Shown: positions 50,301 to 61,199 of the stretch, one piece after another
Layout: every line of letters starts with the position of its first letter
Position numbering within the stretch: position 1 is the first letter of the stretch
Assembly: GCA_002633005.1 (NCBI GenBank)
Contig: NMRA01000511.1
Location: 154,084 to 218,083 of the forward strand
Source: Phoronis australis
Lineage: Eukaryota > Animalia > Phoronida
Reading direction: 5' to 3'
Length of the DNA: 64,000 nucleotides
Made by a program: the position numbers and the translations under genes
The notes under the pieces: generated by a model
Told to the model about the DNA's origin: nothing
Databases searched by the model: none
Seen by the model: the letters and a program-made list of their open reading frames with translations, nothing else

Positions 50301-52805
50301 TAACTGACAAACCGTAAAACTTATTTCATGTTCCAAGCCAGCATCTTCATAAGGAATTTACCTCAAGCCACTGTCGCCTAGCACTGATATTGCCTTCCCC
50401 TTCGGTTCACAACCGCTTAGTTATTCAAATATTTCACGCAAAATTCCCACTTCGCAAAATGGTCCTGAATGTAATACCATTTTTAAACAGGTTGGTATGT
50501 TTATACCAACCTTACACTATTTAAAATGACACGTACACATTCTTGTATGAAATTTCAGGTTTTGCGCCAACCTATTGTTTTTCGGCCTGTCTTATAACAC
50601 TTCCAACTTGGTCGGTGATCCGTACGCCAACTTTGCCATTTCCGGAGCAGTAGAGATTCCAGCATTATTGTGCACGTACTTCATGTTGAAAAGTCGACTG
50701 CGCCGACGTGGAACCACTTTCTTTATGGTGACAGCGTCTGCTGCATTCTTATTAGTCACTGCACTCATCCCTGAAGGTAACGATTGCATATGGTGTGGTG
50801 GTGGTAGTGCCTCGGGAACAATTCGGGTATTTTCGTATTTACACGCATTTCCCGTCGGAAGTAAATAGAAAAACCCATGCATGTGGCTGATGTCCGGAGA
50901 TGAGCACATACTTTTACCGTCGAGGAGAGTTCTTGTCTCCGTGTGACAGTTTAAAAGTTTTTTTATGAATCTGTCTATACTTGTCTATCAAGCATATTAT
51001 AAAGAGAATAACCACGCAGGCCCTAAACTCGACAGCTGACAGCGTTTATTTGTTTTGGTCGTGGTCGTTGCAGGAGAAGCTTGTGGCTTCCAACACAGTG
51101 TATCACGTCTTTAGTTAATCCATATAATGATTGACAAGCGCGTCCCCATCAAGGCGAGAGGGACATATAGTTACAGGGCATGTTGTCAGATCAATGTTGG
51201 GGCCACAGAGAACTTTATGTTTTGCCAGAACCCTCACCTTTTTCAGCACTGCGCCGCCCATATTTAGGAATTTGAAAGTATTCGGCAATGTTCGGTGGCA
51301 ATTTTATGTTTTTGCTTATGTTGTTACCTTAAGTGAGGGCATCTAATAAGTAACCGTCATTTCTTTGTGTCAGCTGTTTGCGATTCACCAACTGCATACA
51401 CTATATTGACGCTCTTCTCTGTTCCTTTTTATTTCGACCAGAATGTTTCTATAAGGTGATTACTTTCCTCAATATCAGTCAATTTAAACGCTTTATTAAC
51501 ATAAAATAATTTAAAAACCATTTGTATTTGCCATTAAATACGAATCATTTTCAAGAACTTTTTGCGGCTATTACATAGATTTTTAGTTCGTTTTTGGCTC
51601 ATCCCTGCATCGCTGCGTGGGTTAAGATCAGTTTATTAAAATACCATTTGTCATCACTGTTTGCAGAGTTTGGATGGCTGGTAACCACACTAGCAATGCT
51701 TGGCAAGTTCACCAGCACCTCCCTCTTCGCCACGATCTTCCTCTATACACCTGAAATGTATCCGACAGCATTTAGATCAGTTGCTATAGGGACGGCTTCA
51801 ACTGTTGGCAGAGTTGGCGTCATTGTTGCGCCATACATCGCTATCACGGTAATACATGAACCTGGTTTCCGTACAGGCCACGTCAATGGTAAAGGCAGCG
51901 ATATATAACAACATATCAGCACCAGTACCAGAACGCTATCAATTAGTGTCCCCTGCTGTTAATTAACTAGCAGTGTACTAATAAGGCTATGCTTCGATAA
52001 ATGCATGCACCCTAAATCTATATTTACCCTAACGTATTACCTGTCACTGCTTAATCTTTGAGTATCTTATGGTTGGAAAGGCGAAACTATCGGAGTTCCC
52101 CGATTGTGTTACACGTGTCAGTATCGCCCTCCTAGGTGTAATGTAGATGTATATGACGAATTCTGGTTTCCATTGTGGAAATAAGTGAAATTAAATTGGA
52201 ATAACCGCACAATGCCTCTCTTTTTTAATTTGCAGGGAAAGGTATATTTCCGAGAACTACCGTTGATTATTTTTGGATTGGTATCACTATCTGTGGCCGG
52301 TGTAACATTCTTGCTTCCCGAAACAGGATCCACGTCATTACCAGATACTTTGGACGACTTTAAAAATCTCAAGAATCATAGGGTATCCTGCAGCCGGTGA
52401 GCTAAATATGATTATTCCAGTAGAGGTACTTTTAATTGCTTGTCGCTAGAAATACGCAAGTCACACTTAGTCTCGATTGTTTCATTTGTTGGAAAGAATG
52501 GATTTCACTGGTCGATTTGAAAGATAAATGAACAGTATGCAGCTAACAGTGGAACACAGACTGATGTCACTACGGATCAAACCATTAGTTTATCTAACAT
52601 TAAACCACAACCTACACTATGATAGTCTCGTCACCAGCCATACCCCACATGGTAAAAGGTGTCGGCCGCTGCACTTGTACAATGAAAGTGAACGCAGCTT
52701 TGGTTGGCTCGTTTCAGGAAAAGAAGAAGAGCGTCATGCAACTCCGAGGAACTGAAAACCTTCGAACCAGAGAAGGATAATTTGACTACTGAAGTTTTAA
52801 CTTGA
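43875..52805 (+). CDS. SLC22: SLC22 family (MFS) organic cation/anion/zwitterion transporter, 10 coding exons, 581 aa
   Basis: Exons 43875-44309, 45052-45155, 46416-46570, 47834-48005, 48555-48708, 50106-50182, 50559-50776, 51667-51848, 52236-52396, 52718-52805; all GT-AG and phase-compatible, total 1746 nt. Motifs: Cys-containing first loop, WDLVC, SDRFGRKR, PESPRWL, VEIPA, LYTPEMYPTAFRS, LLPET. The symbol is family-level only. Confidence 0.92.
45052..45155 (+). CDS. SLC22 coding exon 2
   Basis: WDLVC...LSDR, 104 nt, ttacAG / GTAAAC. Confidence 0.92.
46416..46570 (+). CDS. SLC22 coding exon 3
   Basis: FGRKR...AAFVL, 155 nt, ttcAG / GTGAGT. Confidence 0.92.
47834..48005 (+). CDS. SLC22 coding exon 4
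   Basis: LEIVGVKYRG...AYFIRNW; tgcAG / GTGTGT. Confidence 0.88.
48555..48708 (+). CDS. SLC22 coding exon 5
   Basis: PESPRWLL; tcAG / GTGAGT. Confidence 0.9.
50106..50182 (+). CDS. SLC22 coding exon 6 (absent from the ORF track)
   Basis: ttttatttcAG, then SNISLLISLVKSRTMALYTVVNAML(W), donor GTTTGT; phase 0 in and phase 2 out fit both neighbours. Confidence 0.75.
50559..50776 (+). CDS. SLC22 coding exon 7
   Basis: FCANLLFFGLSYN...GDPYANF...VEIPA; ttcAG / GTAACG. Confidence 0.9.
51667..51848 (+). CDS. SLC22 coding exon 8
   Basis: AMLGKF...LYTPEMYPTAFRS...GRVG..APY; tgcAG / GTAATA. Confidence 0.92.
52236..52396 (+). CDS. SLC22 coding exon 9
   Basis: LPLIIFG...LLPET...LPDT; tgcAG / GTGAGC. 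Confidence 0.88.
52718..52805 (+). CDS. SLC22 putative terminal coding exon
   Basis: gtttcAG, then (R)KRRRASCNSEELKTFEPEKDNLTTEVLT*; phase fits exon 9; no conserved motif to confirm it. Confidence 0.65.
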
Positions 52806-52906
52806 ACTTTGGCCTTTCCCATTTATCACGACGTCAGACTATATTTGACTACTAACGATTTTTCCCTGTTGTATATAGTAGCTAACCCACACTCTACTTG
52901 TTACTG

Positions 52907-53292
52907 ACCCTGCTGTAAATGTCTTCCATTTAGTTCTTGGTCAAGGGTGAGTTAAACCGGTGCATTTAAATCCGTTTATCAATATTGTTGCAACTGATTT
53001 CCATACATGAATCTGTACATATTTTTGTTTTTATACATTTGTAATAGCATATCTAAGTATTGGAATACTTACATTAGATACTACTTAATTGTATATACCT
53101 CTATGTATATAAGTTTCATTTATGAATTGTTTACAACCCAGATATAATGCTTCGCGGTTTCTGGGTTTGTTATTATTTCTTTGAATGGTCTGTGTATTCT
53201 TCAATAAATATATATCACTTTAAAAAACCCTGCTGTAAATGTCTTCCATTTAGTTCTTGGTCAAGGGTGAGTTAAACCGGTACATTTAAATC
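52907..53292 (+). repeat. 66-bp direct repeats flanking a 254-bp AT-rich insert with AATAAA and an A-run
   Basis: 52907-52972 matches 53227-53292 with one mismatch; AATAAA at 53203-53208. Confidence 0.9.
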
Positions 53293-54944
53293 AGATGAAC
53301 GTGAGCTATACTCCAGATAAATCACAAAAGTCCCAGATACAAATAAGGCACTCTTAAGCCAGGTATAGTCATTATTTCTTACGGCCAAACGAGCACGATT
53401 TTCGAAAACTATATGGTGTAAACGAAAAGAAATTTTCACTTACTTAGTCACCAAAAAAACACTTAAGTTTATTTGGATGAAGAATGTTTCCAAGCTGCAA
53501 ATTGACTGTAAACTGAGCAAACATGCTGAGGATAAGGATGGGTCGGCGTACCCATTCTTACAGCCAGAGCCCTCTTGTGGTCGAACGTTCCAAGCCTTTA
53601 ATGAATGTGAAAAGGTCTTGTGTGTACTTCGAAGAAAAACCAGGCGAAAATGATGCCCGGGATCCATATTTTCATTACCAGCAGTATCGAAACTTCCACT
53701 TGCTTATGCGCGAGATAGTCCAAAAAGAATCCGTCTGGAATACACGGTGTTGATCGTAAATGCGCCTTGTAACGCTGTTGTGGATGTGAACACTGATGCC
53801 GAAAGTTCATCAGCAGCAGAAATTCCTCATTGCAAAGCTCTAAAATTTTCGTCAAGATAAAAAAGAAATTAGTTGGTGTCTACATTATGGTAATAGTTAG
53901 ATGCATTCCAGCCACTGCAATTTAGCAAACCTTTTAGAAAAGTCGAGAGAGATGCGTCCATCGGAGATAAGTTGCCGATTGCCCCAATAGATGACAGGGT
54001 GATATGAATTAAAATACAAAAAGTTGTTGGACATTGGTAAAATTTTATCGGTATCTACGTGGGGATGGGGGACAAAATTAATGGTATTTCCAACTGTAAC
54101 GGCAAAGTAACGTATTTATATATTTTGATTACATATACACGAAAGAAGCACGTTAAATAGTAATACCAGCTCGTTTCATGAAAGTTACAGATCTATAAAG
54201 TTTAAACGGTGTCCAGTAGAGAGTTATTTTGCTCATAATGTTGTGCGTCTAGCGTAGTGAAATATATTTTCTGTTATGATATTGCTACTATGAAATGAAA
54301 AGGTACCCGCGGATTCAGATAAATAGATATATTGACATTGGAAATGTTGGATAAAACGAAATCACTGTTTAAATAACTATACAGTGGTCTCACTTTTTCT
54401 TGAAGTTCGCTTTAATATTTTATTTTCAAAAATAATATTTACAAATTAAAGCAGATCTTGAAGGGGTCCAAACAACTCCAACTGACATAGTATACCCGAA
54501 ATGTTTTTAGCATTTTGGAAACAAGTTCACGAATACGGTTTTGCCAAACGCTTTACTTAGAAATATAGAATCCCGGACAATCTGTCTTTCTGAATGATGA
54601 GTTCGCCTAGAATCCAAGCCAGGTATGTTGTATATGAAAATGCAAACCATGACGTAAAATAATTGTTCTGTAAATTCATTCGAGGTTTTCATATTTTACT
54701 ATTTTCCTACACTTTTAACTCATGTTCCGCATTTTCAAGCAAATATCTAAATCAATAATTCATTCATAAAACCAATTCAATGAATAACACCATTAACTAT
54801 TTACAAACTTTATTGGTATCTTCACAAACAGTACAAAGCGTCATAACAACCATGATATTTTTAACAACTGTCAGAATATCATACCCTTTCAAGAGAGCTT
54901 CTGCAAATGTGTTTTTAAAAGTTCACGTAATTTCGCAACCAAAA

Positions 54945-56280
54945 ATGTTAACCCTGGGATATATGGGAGCCTTGATACCTCAAGTCGATGAAGTTACCTT
55001 TCTAGGAATTAAGATGGATCGAAGAATGACGATGAACTCCCATGTCGAATTCCTAGCTGAGAAAGGTGCCAAGAGCCTGCCACTGTTGAGATATGCAGCA
55101 GCCCAGCAGATCCAACAAAAGAGCCTGGTGCAGCTAATGAATGCAACTGTCGGCGCAAGAACTGACTATGGGCTCCATCTGTGCCTTTGTGCCTCCCAAC
55201 AGTCAATGACCAAACTACAGAGGATTCAAAACCAGGCCATGAGGATAGTAACCAGTGCAGCTAGACCCACTCCGGTAAACAGTCTCCAATACTGTTTAAG
55301 TTTCATTAGCATCCGTACTAAACTAAAGACACTAGCAGCCAAGCATTTCTAAAGGCAGCTAAAACCAACTCTCATCCTCTATACCTGGACTTGAGAGAGC
55401 ATAGTGATGAGCACACTGCACAGAGGCAGAAAACTGTTCAATCATGGGTTATCGGAGCTAAGGACCTTGTTGAAGAGGTATGTCCAGTGGAGAACATCAA
55501 CAGCATAGAGTGGTCCAAAGCCACAAACTTTGTCATCAACACCATGGCGACTGGAGGCCGTCGTTGGCGGGAAAGATTTCACTGTATCAACCAAGCAACT
55601 GTATTGGAATGGCTTGAAGAACAATCTCCCACAATCATTTTTGCAACGGACGGCTCACTAAGAGATGACACTGCGGCTTGGACAGCAGTTGCTTGGACTC
55701 GCGAGGGTCAACGCCTCATCGAATGGTCAAGAGCACGGGTTGGAAAATCCTCGTCTTTTAGAGCTGAATGTGAAACATATGAAGACGCCCTAGTCTGGCT
55801 CTCACAGAACACAACACATGCAGACAGATCCTTTCTACTTACAGACTCTCTCAGCCTCATTAGCAGGCTAAAATCTGGTCACGTTAAAGATTCCTGGATC
55901 CCTCTGTTCAGCTCTACTAATGGTCTCTTCACCAGTGTTTATATACCAGGACACTGTGGCATCTCATTCAACGTCAAGGCGGATGAGCTTGCAGGCATTG
56001 CAGAACCGATTGCTGATCTGCTCCTCACACCAGCAGATGTAATCTCCAGAGTGCGTGAATCGCTTAAAGAAGCCGAGATTGTACAACAGCAGGAGAGATG
56101 GGCAACATAGCGCCCCATAGAGCGAGGATGGCAATACGGAGATGCAGCAAAAACTCGTATCAGGGGAAAAGATAAAAGAGTGTGTAATCAGCACGAGCTT
56201 GTTTGCATCTCCAAATTTACTTTGCGTGCGATACTGGAAGGAGGAGGGCCAGAGACTATCCCGGTGCCTACCCTCTGACG
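54945..56280 (+). mobile_element. 5'-truncated non-LTR retrotransposon with RT thumb and RNase H (I/Nimb/Ingi-like group)
   Basis: FLGIKMDRRMT..H..DYG..LQRIQNQAMRIVT.A.RPTP; after a frameshift near 55350, RNase H IFATDGS..SSFRAEC..LLTDSLS..YIPGHCG..N.KADELA with the four acidic catalytic positions retained. Confidence 0.88.
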
Positions 56281-57829
56281 TCACCACAGAAACAGAAACG
56301 CAACAAAGCGAACTTTTGTTGTTACACCAAGTTCTTTAAATGCATTTCAACGTCAGCTGCATCCATGCAATTTATATCTTCAACTGAAATACATGAGCTT
56401 TCACTTTCTGTCTCAGTTCCAACGATTTTTCTCTTTTCATGAATAGTTTATTTCAAATATTTTCATTTTCTTATTAAATACACATTTGGAGGGCGTACTT
56501 TGTAACAATGATGGCTCTGCATCCAGAAAGTTTCAAGAACTGTAGAACACGCATCAATTCTGTTGGACTCTTGTTTATGTAATGACTTGACAACATCATT
56601 CAGTTTTCCACTCCTTGACCTCTGAATCGTCTAATTCCTACAAGTAAGCTGGCAAGCTTTGGTAACTGGTACTTTAGCACATGTAGATATGGTGTTTTTA
56701 GAATCCCTTACGTTTTCCTTCTAACGAAAATGAGAGCCACTCATGCCCTACTTGAAACAAGTTGCCCTAATACTCTGAGCCTGTCAAGTTACCATACAAG
56801 CTGTAAAATTTAGACCAAATATCGATGGCAGCTTTTTCAGGATTGTTCTAAAATCCCCTCAATCCCCCTGACTCCCTCGACACACGACCCACTACCGCCT
56901 CGATCAATGAGTTGGGCCGTGAGATCAGGTAGCTTTTATCCTGTTTTTTGCAATCAAGAAAGTCGATTCGGCAAGCTTGAAAGCAAAAAACAGAGAAAAA
57001 ACAACGCGACCAAATCAAATATCTACCATCGTCGTTCCCGGCAGAGTGTAATCCTCTTGTCTGCTCTTCGGTGAACGCCAGATTCAACGTTTTTTGCCGA
57101 GAGGGCAAGGAACCGACAAAACTGTACTTTCATCAGTAAATACAAAAACAAACTGTTAACTAAAAAGTATTTCAACGTTATATAGAGAATATTATAAAAA
57201 AGTATAAAGCAGAAAGCATATAATGAATTTGTGAAATTAAGTACATTCACGTTAACGGATTCTCTCTCTAAGTTTAGTAGACCTGCATCATTGGTAGCCT
57301 CTCTTTGAACTATTTCCGTGACAACTATAGCGCGCTCATAATGCGAATACGTTCCAACACCACTTCCTGTTTTTAATCACCATACTTGAACCAGAGCACA
57401 CAGGTGTGTAGGTACATGTATGGGAAAGTTACTCAACGACGTAATAAGATTATGAAATGTACACAAAGCGCAAAAAATACATCTATTGACACAGGTCATG
57501 GGTCGAGGGGGTCGTGGGTCAAGGGGTCGAGGAGCGTGGGGGTCTAAGGTTTTTTAAAACGTTCCACTTTTTCAGTACCTTGGTGCACCTTCTGACGTGT
57601 ACTCAGAGTTTGGGGGAGATTCCGTATGAGTTTTTTCTCTTCTTCCATGATACTGATAAAGTCCAAATAGCCACTACCTTTGTCATTCTTATCAGTAAGT
57701 TGCCTCTCACACCTTAAAGCTAATACCACACGCCATAATGGCCTTACAATACTATTTACATGCGACTTGTCATTATTTACAGCCCTCGACTCCTTAACAT
57801 CTTGTATAATGTTATTATGCATTCCATCT

Positions 57830-58330
57830 GTTACCGTGAGCATAAGATGTTTTACCAGATATAATTTGGGTAAACCATCACACACCGTTGTCTGCTCGTG
57901 ATAAAAACAGTCAGACACATGGAATCAGTCTAGCAGATATACATGTACAATTTGCTTTAAATTATCTTGACCAGACTATGACAATTTTTGCTGGGATATC
58001 GTGGTGATTAACAGGGCTATCTTTGACACATAGGCTTTCAAGTGTCAGACCAAATGTATTAATGAACCATAAAGCACAGTCAGCCCTCGACCTAATCTCT
58101 TTTTGACGTTTTAACTGATAAGCCATACTGACATCCGTAAAAGCAGTCCGTTTACTTGCACTAATGTCAACGGACACCCCACAAACACTTTCAATGTAAT
58201 TTTGCAACTGAACATTAGAAGCCAAAAGATTTTCATCGACTCTTTCACTATCCCTTTCTCTCTCTCACGTTTTAGTTCAGCAATTTCATCGTACAAAAGG
58301 TGACATTCAGTTTTAAATTGAGACAACTCA
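57830..58330 (-). pseudogene. Degenerate transposase-like N-terminal region, possibly Transib/RAG1-core-related family
   Basis: Coiled coil, then ALWFINTFGLTLESL, then LLD*FHVSDCFYHE.T...GLPKLYLVK; pattern recalled from uncharacterised invertebrate transposon-like proteins; catalytic domain not seen. Confidence 0.4.
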
Positions 58331-58871
58331 CTTCGAGCTATCCAAAGATCAGACTACAGGTTTTGATTTTCATACTGGAGTTCAGCAGACAAAAACAACA
58401 GATTTTGTAATGTTGAAAGTAATAGACTTTTTCAAAACAGCTAATCACTGATTGCCTTTCACTTTTCTGATTTTCCTAGCATTTGTCAAGCACACAATAC
58501 GCAAACTCTCACCTATAAGACTCATATTCAATTTGGATAAAAGTTAATAATTTTCCTCCAGATGAAGCGAAAAACAGTTGAAAACTGAGCAGCCCATTTG
58601 GCTCGGTCACTCCAGTCTTCGCAAAGAATCTGGACAGAAAACACATTTGGGAGTTCTACAAGAACTGATCATTTTTAACTTGGTATTGGCTCACACTGCA
58701 GTTTTCTGAAGGCAGGAATTATGATAAAGCAATTGCACACACACAAACTAAAAGAACAAGACTACATTTGAGTATTTTTAAATCATAATATCGATCTCTG
58801 AAATATATATCAGACACCTACGGTGCACTACAAAACTAATATTTTGCATTACATAAATGATTTGTCAATAA

Positions 58872-59820
58872 TTACAGTTTAACAACATCCGTACATGCAC
58901 GGAAAAGGAGATTTTCTTTTGGCAAACGAGATAAATCCACAAAATCACCAACTTCATTTTTAGGTAAGTTCTTTGCTGACCACTGAAGGACAGGGCAAAA
59001 TAAAACTGGGAACACCAGAGTTTCGCCAACACCGTCACTACCAACAACATATTCCCATCCATCAGGAAGTCCAATGCTGAGAAAATCTTCTCTATAGTAT
59101 TCCTTGTACCCTTGGATTTTCGCTTTCCGTACTTGCACAGCTCCAAATAAATTTCTGAAAATGCCCAACTCAGTGTCTATGTCGAACGACTATGTCTCAA
59201 TTGTCGATGACAAGAGCATTTTCTGTAACGATGTGTTTACTGTTTCAATATCGATCTGACGACGAGCTGGCTCAACATCGGGGCAAGTGTAGTATATTAC
59301 AAGATCACTAGTTAAATTTTCTCTGGATCCCATGAAGCTGCAGAAAGTGAACAATTCTCCCAGCACACCAAATACTGATAGCTCTACCAAAAAGAATATT
59401 AATGTTTCATGTTGGCCAGCTTAAAATGTCATGCATTTATCAAGGTTAAAACAATCATACAAAGTTGTAAAATTATTACGTATACAAAGAGAACAATTTG
59501 ACATTAAAACAATTTCCCCATCTCTTTGGGAAATTAAAAAGTTCATTGTAACGCTTAAGTAAACTGGCTCGAGGCGACAGGAAGAAAACGTTATGAGCGA
59601 GCACATTAATGTTCGTAGTGATGAGGTTTGACTGCACTCTGACAGGCCAAGTCATCCTTAACTAAAGAAACCATTCCGGAGACGGTGGATTCATGACGAG
59701 TTTTGAATGCAAAATTTTGACTTACCGTCTGATTTCCCTTACAAGTAATAATTCGAGAGATAGCACAGAAGTCTTCCAAGACTGTTTGCTCGTCTTGCTT
59801 GGAGAATGTTCTTGACAAAC
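58872..59820 (-). pseudogene. Decayed ORF of unknown function, probably transposon-associated
   Basis: ORFs 59421-59606, 59190-59390 and 58872-59168 share one frame separated by single stops (about 245 codons); ends LPDGWEYVVGSDGVGETLVFPVLFCPVLQWSAK. Confidence 0.5.
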
Positions 59821-61199
59821 GGGCAATTTAGAATCAATTAGCGCCTTGAAATAAATCGAAACTTTTCTGGTGTCCTTTAAAGCTTAGTAAAGAGCACAGG
59901 ATGAATCAAATAATGCGCTGATTGGTCATAAGTGGGAGTTGACGTCATGCAGTATATGCTGTAGCGGCACCTCACGGATGGCCTAGTTTAATTGCTGGTA
60001 ATGTTCAAAAGACAAAAACTTTCCAAATTCCGCTTTCATTTGGGAAAAACTCCCTAAGTTTCTCCGCAAATGCAGAGATATACACAGGCGCAGGGCTACG
60101 CAAAAAGTCTGCCAAGACCATTCCCAGCGTTTTGTCTAGGGCCATGACTGCGGGAGTTGTGTCCACTTTCATAGTTAACATATCCGCAAGCGAACCACTT
60201 GTGTCAAATTGAGGCACGGTCGACGAATGATCACCAACATGGGCAACAGTCGAGTTCAAGTTTATTCTGCTCTCTCATAATGACGAATGCACCGACTGAT
60301 CTTGTTGAGGCTTCATCTTTTCGACTCACGAGAAAACCAATGGCTGTAAGTGTAACGAGTCCAGCCTGTTCGGCACTCCGTTAAATAGGTTGTTCTTGTA
60401 TTTAGGCAGCCTAGGGTTTTAAGCAGAGTTCTTGGTAGGCACCTTTGTGGGTCAACCCCTGTAAGCCGGCCTCAGGTAATTGTATCTGCGCCATACACAA
60501 CATGCCTTCCCACCAGAAGTGTTTTTTGGCCTGATTCATAATCCGGCAGTTTTGAAGCACCACCTTTCGGTGGTTGAAAAATGTAAGTTTAAGAAGGAAT
60601 TTACATACTTCTAGGCAATTGAAAAGTAATATATAGGAAATTAAATGCGCAAATAAGTCATGTTTTAGCTTAAAAAATCTGGACGATTGGCTTCGTTTTC
60701 CTGACCTATTCCCAGGTCCTTGAGTCTGGAAGGACAGATTTTTGGATAGGGGTCCTCTAAAACACACGTATATTCAATGCATCACCGTGTCCTAAATCAT
60801 CTTGGCAACATGCATGATAAGTTGCCAATTTTATTCTTTTATGGCTATCAGTGCTATATCGATGAGGTACACTGTTGTAATCGCATAACAGATCAGTTTC
60901 GTTACCAATACTACTTGCGTCACTTGCATTGGCTTTGTATGAAGGTTATTGTGTTTGTCATGTATAGTGGTACTGGTCTGTCCTCTGAAGGCAGTCATTT
61001 TGTGAATGACCACTACGTGCATGGCTTATTTGCTATATAAGCAAAACAGACCTGTTAGCAATAAGGTTTCAAGGGAAAATAGCACCCCCCCCCAAACATT
61101 AAACCGCTATATTGGCTGCTTACACTGAGATAGGGTGTCCTCAGGAATCCTCCATACTGTTTATATAATAGCGCAAACTGTCGTTATTTGAGGGACACT

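Noticed and set aside
53440-53870. Overlapping ORFs, with faint DIRS gag-like LDENFR on minus
   Set aside because: Too degenerate to support; no RT or recombinase nearby.
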